Source: Camelus ferus (Eukaryota). From it: DNA of 64,000 nt. The stretch spans positions 121,522,001 through 121,586,000 of the forward strand of contig NC_045696.1 in NCBI RefSeq assembly GCF_009834535.1, read 5' to 3'. Shown here piece after piece: positions 62,397 to 64,000 of this stretch. The translations under genes and the position numbers were made by a program. The notes beneath the pieces are model-generated. The model was not told the origin of the DNA. It searched no databases and saw only the letters and a list, made by a program, of their open reading frames with translations. The stretch's first letter is position 1; each line of letters starts with the position of its first letter.

Positions 62397-63814
62397 CTAT
62401 TTTATCTGGCACAGTGTACCCTTGCAGTAAATTTTAGAAATTGTTATCTCGATTGAAAACACAGGACCCTCTGTCTCTCCATGGTGTCAGTTTCGGGAAA
62501 AAACCAGAGCATGTCTTGCAGTGAGCATTTAATTGACTTATTTCTTCTCTCTGAAGCAGCAACTTGGTTTCAGAGATAGAAAGAGAGAGGAAGAAGCAGC
62601 AGCTCTGTGTTAAACAAAATGGATATTGGAAAAGAGCAAATAAACTGAGAAGAAAAAAAATGCTTATTAGACAAGCAGTCTCTTAGAAGGAAATATAGCT
62701 GTGTGTCCTTACCGCAATTTCCTCAAAATTTTGCATTGAGTCCTAGCTTGAATCCAGTTCTCAACAGCCTCCTGTGGCTTATTTAAGATGGGCAGAACTG
62801 CTTTGGTAAAAGAAGGATGAGACTAAAGCCCGAGAGGCATCTGAAACACCCCATCCATTCTTCCAGCTGATACCCACACTCACCTCTTAGAGAAGCTATG
62901 GCCACAGAAGTCATCCCTGGGTCTAAATACGGAAGCACGTGCCAGTGAAGCTGGTTGCCTTACAGCATGTTTTTCTCTTTCCCAAGATGAATGAGTAAAA
63001 AGAACTTAATGTTCTGCAACCCAAGGGAGCCTAGAGAACCAGTGATGCTCTGAATTGGCTTGTTTTCTAGGATGTTTCTCTTACAGGCTTTCTGAAGATG
63101 AATGATTGATGACATGTCTACACTCAGCTTGTCAAAACAGGATGGCTTTGAAAAGCAGGGGGAAGAGTCTGCTCTAGAATCTACTTGGATTGTGAACCTG
63201 AAATAGTGAGTCTCTTGTCTTAACCATAACAAAAATATTTAGTCACCATTTCCAGGCACAGTATTTAAAAAAAAAAAAAAGGAATGAAATAGATCACTGC
63301 CTCCTGGAGTATGGATAATAAATATCTTGAAAGGTACATTCATTAAAGTATAACGAGGTCCTGAATGAATTACAAAATCAATCTTTTCAAAGCATTGCTG
63401 AGCTCACAAGAAAGTAAGAACTAGGTCGTCAGAGGTGAAGGGAGCGGGGAAAGGCAGTAAACTGTAACCAAGAATGATGAACAATGAGGGAGGGCAAAAC
63501 CCGGGGCTTCCTGGGAAACAAATGCTAAACCAGCACGAGAAAAGGGGCGCTGGACCAGGGCAAGGCGGGACCCACCTCAATCCTCTGTATTAGGCTTAAA
63601 TTCCTCTGGCGGAAGTTAAAGTGGTCCCAGATCAGTAGCCCAACTGGCTCCCAGGAGAAACACACACTAACCCCCTCAGGGGACAGCAGCTCTGATGTAG
63701 GCCCCCAGTAATCTCACAGAGCAAGACCGATTAAATGTGGTCTCACAACACTAAATTACCAATACACAGGGGAGCGAATCACCATGAATAAAAGTAACAT
63801 AAAAATATACTGCA

Positions 63815-63941
63815 GGGAGGGAGGGTATGGCTCAGAGGTAGAGCACGTGCTTAGCATGCACAAGGTCCTAGGTGTCTCTGTCAAAAAAGAAATAAACCTA
63901 ATTACCCTCCAATTAAATAAATAAATAATTTTAGAATATAT
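63815..63941 (+). mobile_element. tRNA-Ala-derived camelid SINE with B-box deletion, flanked by TSD
   Basis: gggtatggctcagaggtagagcacgtgcttagcatgcacaaggtcct, then the tail aaataaacctaattaccctcc and (taaa)n. TSD atatactgca at 63805-63814 and 63942-63951. Confidence 0.85.
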
Positions 63942-64000
63942 ATATACTGCATTATCAGATATAGAATATAAGATATGAATGAACTGTTTCAAAAAAGATA

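Noticed and set aside
1..64000. CRISPR array, operon, defence system or other novel multi-gene system
   Set aside because: Mammalian intronic/intergenic DNA: no repeat-spacer arrays, no gene-dense coding regions, and all ORFs in the track are short and consistent with chance or repeats.

Overview
Mammalian genomic DNA, most likely camelid: it carries tRNA-Ala-derived SINEs with the 'aaataaacctaattacc' tail and young artiodactyl-type L1 3' ends. The window is essentially non-coding. It holds a CpG-island promoter at ~55.0-56.8 kb with GC boxes, a CTCF-like motif and consensus minus-strand splice donors, which points to the non-coding 5' end of a minus-strand gene I cannot name. About 55 kb of putative first intron follows towards coordinate 1. 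It is full of ancient repeats (MIR, L2, L1M, hAT elements MER5/20/58/63), has a second CpG-rich CTCF element at ~51 kb, and contains several candidate alternative first or UTR exons and enhancer-like motif clusters (AP-1/ETS). Upstream of the promoter lie an MLT1 LTR with a nested MER3, a MER41-like LTR and a second ERV1-type LTR separated by a 100-N assembly gap. No ORF in the track is a recognisable protein, and I found no evidence for a novel multi-gene system. Findings are regulatory, splicing and transposon-history observations of modest to moderate interest. Repeat family names come from recalled consensus sequences, not a database search, and repeat boundaries are approximate.
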